Shown one piece after another: positions 32,766 through 33,267 of a stretch of DNA of 33,267 nt; position 1 is the stretch's first letter, and every line of letters begins with the position of its first letter. The stretch spans positions 8,467-41,733 of the forward strand of contig DF237672.1 of NCBI GenBank assembly GCA_000708835.1. The letters are read 5' to 3'. The notes below the pieces were generated by a model. The model did not search any database. It was not told where the DNA came from and saw nothing but the letters and a program-made list of their open reading frames with translations. The stretch comes from Klebsormidium nitens (Eukaryota; Plantae; Klebsormidiophyceae). Made by a program: the position numbers and the translations under genes.

Positions 32766-33267
32766 GGCTGCAGACCAACTCTAAAACAACGAAGCATCAA
32801 CCCGCAAAATTGCTGTGCGCCTCCAATTTTGGCTCGCTGGACCTCAGAACAAGCTGTGCTACCTTTGCATGTCGATTTTCTGTGTGGTCGCCAAAAGGAA
32901 CTGCATTGCGGCAGCTCAAAGAGCTGGGTGCTGTTGTTGCGAAGCGCCATGTGTCCTCCACGTGATTATGCTCAGCAAAAGCACTGCAGTGCAGAAGCCC
33001 AGCTCGCCAGCTTGCTGATCAATGAAGTTAAGCGCGGCGTTCATCTTAACATTTCAGTCCAGGTCAGATCCTAACCCGGCTTAAACTCGCCATGTCCACG
33101 CCGATTAAGTTTCACGGCGGGGCGAAATCTGATCTACTGAGGTCGGAGCACGTCCTGAACGCTGCCGTTTACGACAACGGGCAACGACGGTCGTTCAGAC
33201 CAAAGTCGGTTAATTGCTGCCCGGTGTTAACTCCAATAGCCAATAACTCCAATATATGATTGTGACT

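Overview
Eukaryotic nuclear DNA with GT-AG introns, probably a streptophyte alga such as Klebsormidium (inferred from the plant-type gene set and intron style; no database search was run). Five spliced gene models were built by hand and their exon phases are consistent. (1) A 10-exon minus-strand gene (6303..561, about 973 aa): basic N-terminal region, a 2A/StopGo-like motif LLMIGGVERNPG|P, a SAM-like header, a P-loop NTPase and a restriction-endonuclease-like C-terminus, i.e. a Crinkler/RHS-type architecture. (2) A RUS4-like DUF647 gene (minus). (3) A large plus-strand gene with a plant-conserved uncharacterised C-terminal domain. (4) A partial orphan gene. (5) A plant-type nicotinamidase (minus). 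Main highlight: a viral/retrotransposon-type ribosomal-skipping motif assembled by splicing in front of an NTPase-nuclease effector. Second highlight: four degenerate tandem arrays whose unit is an exon end plus its splice site. Also present are an intronic MITE-like element, an excess of TGACGTCA palindromes and a candidate poison exon. No rRNA, tRNA or CRISPR array was seen.
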